DNA from: Takakia lepidozioides
Taxonomy: Eukaryota; Plantae; Bryophyta
Reading direction: 5' to 3'
DNA length: 64,000 nucleotides
NCBI GenBank assembly: GCA_030704615.1
Contig: CM060733.1
Location: 48,236,001-48,300,000 of the forward strand
Part shown: positions 61,401 to 64,000 of the stretch, piece after piece
Layout of the letters: every line of letters begins with the position of its first letter
Position numbering within the stretch: position 1 is the stretch's first letter
Notes under the pieces: model-generated
The model's database searches: none
What the model saw: the letters and a program-made list of their open reading frames with translations, nothing else
Told to the model about the DNA's origin: nothing
Program-made: the position numbers and the translations under genes

Positions 61401-62997
61401 CTTCACACTAGAAGCCCAAACTTGGTTGTCATAGCGTTGAGCTATGCAACGCCGCTCTTCAACATAGGCTACCCGCTTCTCTATCCATGGCAAACCTGCA
61501 ACCTGTTCGCCTTTGCACTCTATCCGCTTTGGATAGGCTCATGCACGGATCCCTGCACTCTAGGCTGAACCGTTTTTCATGATCTGAAAACACAAGTGCT
61601 ACAACTAACTCGAACTTGGCACTCATAGACTTGAGCTGATCTTTCTCGAGTGATAAGGAAATGAATGATATAAGCATACAAGCTCTCTCAAACTCACACA
61701 CTTGCACATGAAAACATCACTCATATATTAAGTCGAGCCAAGTGCACCCCACGCCATGGGGAATCCACACTACGGCGCCATAGCTAGACGCGGAGAGGCT
61801 CAACTCGAGAAAGATGAGCCCACCGCGATCTGCCGTGAAGATAACAACGCCAGGTACCCAAACATGTATTGGCCCCTGGAATGACACTTGGGTCAATCCC
61901 AAATGTCAATATATAAAAACTAGCTATTTCCTAGCTAACTTCACACTAGTGGTAAAATAACTTGACAAGTGCACTATGCACATGAAACATAGGGAATGGT
62001 AGATCAACTTATCTGTGCAATATTATTGGTTAATGATACTTAGCTGCGCTTATTGCAACTACTCACATTTACTTTCCATTTGAAACAATGAGTTCAGGAA
62101 CATCCCCAGTTTATGGCATAGGAACAGCTACGATGTCTGATGACGATGATGAAGAGGAATACGAAGGTGATGGTAGTGCATATGACCCAAACTTGGACCC
62201 CCACCCAAACTTGGAATCCCCTGAATATGATGGGAGTTTGGGGCCAATTGTACCTACCGAGGAAGAGCGATGTACACTCCGCGAGTGCATACGAAAGGAG
62301 CTAAAATCGGAGCTCAAGCAGGCAAACATCATCAGGACTACCTTTAGTGATGATGTGTTCTTCCATATTTGTCTAAATTTTGCTAGAGCTTTAGGCCTGC
62401 ATGTTTTTAAACACTTGATGAAATTTGTAACTACATCTAGATCAGATGCATACATAAAGGAAGATACCCATCACTCCAAACGAAAATACTTATATACATT
62501 TCTTCCACAGAAGACGTGCCACTCGAGGTGATTGTAATACATGTTTCAGATATCTCAGGGATACCGGAGAATAATTGGGGATGTTCGAGAGGAGATATTG
62601 CGCAAGCGTCGGGCTGGGAAGTTGCCCCAAGGCACCACTGCAGTACTGAAGGCCTGGTGGTATGAGCACCGAGAATGGCCTTATCCAACGGTACACGCAC
62701 GTATCCAACAGCTAATGTTACACACCTTGTAACTTTGTATTGCATTTACAGTGTATGTTACCATCGTAGGTAGGTAGAACTTCAAAACGCTATGAAGAAG
62801 TTGACATTGTCTTGTTGAATTGCTTGATATCTTACTCTCTAATTATAGTGCGCGTACCTAAGCTGCAGGAGGAGCAGAAAGAAGAACTTGTCAAGGAGAC
62901 TGGACTGGAACACAAGCAAGTCAACAACTGGTTTATCAACCAGCGGAAACGCAATTGGGAGCGTTTGATGAATATGGACCCGCCATCCTCTTCATAA
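49424..62997 (+). CDS. Class II KNOX homeobox protein, copy 3 (most canonical). Exons 49424-50044, 50469-50729, 51043-51163, 62098-62321, 62559-62690, 62869-62997; a 10.2-kb retroelement lies in an intron
   Basis: [38 protein letters not shown]|[24 protein letters not shown]|[44 protein letters not shown]|[17 protein letters not shown]; a small exon near 50.2 kb cannot be excluded. Confidence 0.9.
51729..52686 (-). repeat. 3' terminus A1(52686-52366)-GC-B(52363-52047)-T-A2(52045-51729)
   Basis: Reverse complement of the 4531-5430 arrangement; PPT at 52687-52700. Confidence 0.93.
52942..54620 (-). pseudogene. Integrase plus C-terminal PHD finger of copy 3
   Basis: HAHEE.GH/CMVC zinc domain, [14 protein letters not shown]; [28 protein letters not shown]; frameshifted. 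Confidence 0.92.
55100..56045 (-). pseudogene. DNMT3-like cytosine-5 DNA methyltransferase domain in pol of copy 3
   Basis: Motif [71 protein letters not shown]; one frameshift near 55320. Confidence 0.92.
56500..56780 (-). pseudogene. Retropepsin-type aspartic protease
   Basis: [10 protein letters not shown] (D-S/T-G-A-like active site) and downstream YDVLVG; runs into the MTase ORF. Confidence 0.7.
57300..59340 (-). pseudogene. gag of copy 3 (degenerate)
   Basis: [18 protein letters not shown] capsid-like N-terminus, zinc knuckle [13 protein letters not shown] (~57960-58010), a second CGHC knuckle, and an RG-rich segment. Confidence 0.7.
61651..61967 (-). repeat. 5' terminal repeat of copy 3 (B unit only, 317 bp)
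   Basis: About 13 differences from 52047-52363; TG...CA ends; TATA-like TATATA; no A unit upstream, with the TSD directly adjacent. Confidence 0.93.
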
Positions 62998-63539
62998 CTG
63001 AAAGATAAACCCTAGAACAAATAGGGACAGTGAGTATACATAGAGCTCACTTCTATCTCACTTCAATTTTCTCGTCTTGCTCAAGAGCTATTGAAATGGG
63101 CTGGTTCCTAAAGGTTCTCCTATCTCTCATTGGCTATCATTAGTCGTTTGACAACTTTTGGTTTTTGGCCCCCAGGGGAAATGGACGATGGAACTTTAGT
63201 TACCAGCTGAATTTATGCATTGTGAAACACGACATTTTAGTTACCAGCTGAAATTATGCATTGTGAAAAGTGACGAAAGAAGGATGGATAGGCAATCTAA
63301 TAGAACGTCCGCAGAAAGCTCAAAGAGCACATGGACAATTGTCTAAGAGTCCAAGCACTGTCAATCATTTCAGTTCCTCATTGTGAATCTTGACCTCCGA
63401 GAGGGGTTGGAGTCTCAGAGAATAGAAATTTGATGTCACAGAAGGTGGACGCGTTGCCGAAGCAAGCGTAACTTATGGTGTCACTTGACCCAGCAGGGCT
63501 ACTGCCTTCCGGTAGGAAGGTGGACACCTTTGTAACAAC

Positions 63540-63610
63540 CAACAGGGTGGTTTGAACCCACAACCACTCGTAAGAGGGTATATGCCCTTACCACTGGGCT
63601 ACATGTTGGT
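63540..63610 (-). other. Degenerate tRNA-like / SINE head
   Basis: Reverse complement TAGCCCAGTGGTAAGGGC (D-arm GCCC/GGGC) and GGGTTCAAACC B-box; the anticodon and T stems do not pair well. Confidence 0.45.
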
Positions 63611-64000
63611 TGTGATGTCACAGTAGTAGTAGAAATGACAGTGAAAGGAGAAATGTTCTTCACTTTCGAGTTCCCAGTTATTCCCAACGCAAACGGAAAT
63701 TAATGTCCCATGAAATTGTCCTCAAGTATGCCCTTCCTCGGGTCCTTATTGGCCTAACTCCATCCTTCCTTCCAGGGTGCAAACAACCCGTTGATCCATG
63801 GACAAGAATCGCCGCAGTTCCTCGACAAGTTCCCTACAAAACACCCAAAACTTTTGCATCGCTGATAACCTCCCCCCCCAAAACTGCATCGCTCATGATA
63901 GCCTCCACTGATCAACAGTCCCCCTCCTCAACCCTTGCAGGCCACTCCTTCACCTCAGTTATTGACATAATCTTGGACAAACCAACAAATCGAGAGAGAG

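Larger units (their letters stand above)
51729..61967 (-). mobile_element. Ty3/Gypsy copy 3 with both ends, structure B-gag-PR-DNMT-(RT/RH deleted)-IN-PHD-PPT-A-B-A
   Basis: Ends TGTC...GACA; 4-bp TSD AGTG (51725-51728 and 61968-61971); the reconstructed empty site GGAAGTGCACTATG matches the paralogous intron at 10351. Confidence 0.95.

Noticed and set aside
59400-61650. Extra ORF (env-like or antisense) in the long 5' leader
   Set aside because: Only short ORFs with no recognisable motif
51729-61967. DIRS/Ngaro tyrosine-recombinase element, suggested by split repeats plus a methyltransferase
   Set aside because: It encodes a protease and a DDE integrase, has TG...CA ends and a TSD, shows no YR motifs, and the MTase is C5-type rather than the DIRS adenine type
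63540-63610. Functional tRNA gene
   Set aside because: The D-arm and boxes are present, but the anticodon and T stems do not pair; better treated as a SINE head or pseudogene

Overview
Repeat-rich plant nuclear DNA with spliceosomal introns; a bryophyte (moss) origin is likely but inferred. The host genes are a tandem array of three class II KNOX (TALE homeobox) genes on + (about 8.4-11.6, 39.2-42.4 and 49.4-63.0 kb), plus rearranged KNOX remnants at 30-36 kb. The main finding is a Ty3/Gypsy retrotransposon family present in three copies (1-5430 +, 19909-23219 +, 51729-61967 -). Its polyprotein carries a DNMT3-like cytosine-5 methyltransferase between protease and RT and a PHD finger after the DDE integrase, and the primer site looks self-priming rather than tRNA-primed. 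Its termini are circularly permuted: B-[gag-pol]-PPT-A-GC-B-T-A. The one complete copy is bounded by TGTC...GACA and a 4-bp TSD. This is the structure expected if a 2-LTR circle were opened at the internal palindrome GACA-GC-TGTC. The 13-29.6 kb interval is a CACTA-ended cargo cluster. It holds a spliced beta-class amino-(N4C/N6A)-methyltransferase-like gene, two protein-kinase pseudogene copies and a RING-H2 fragment. All calls were made by eye; no database searches were run, so novelty is unverified.
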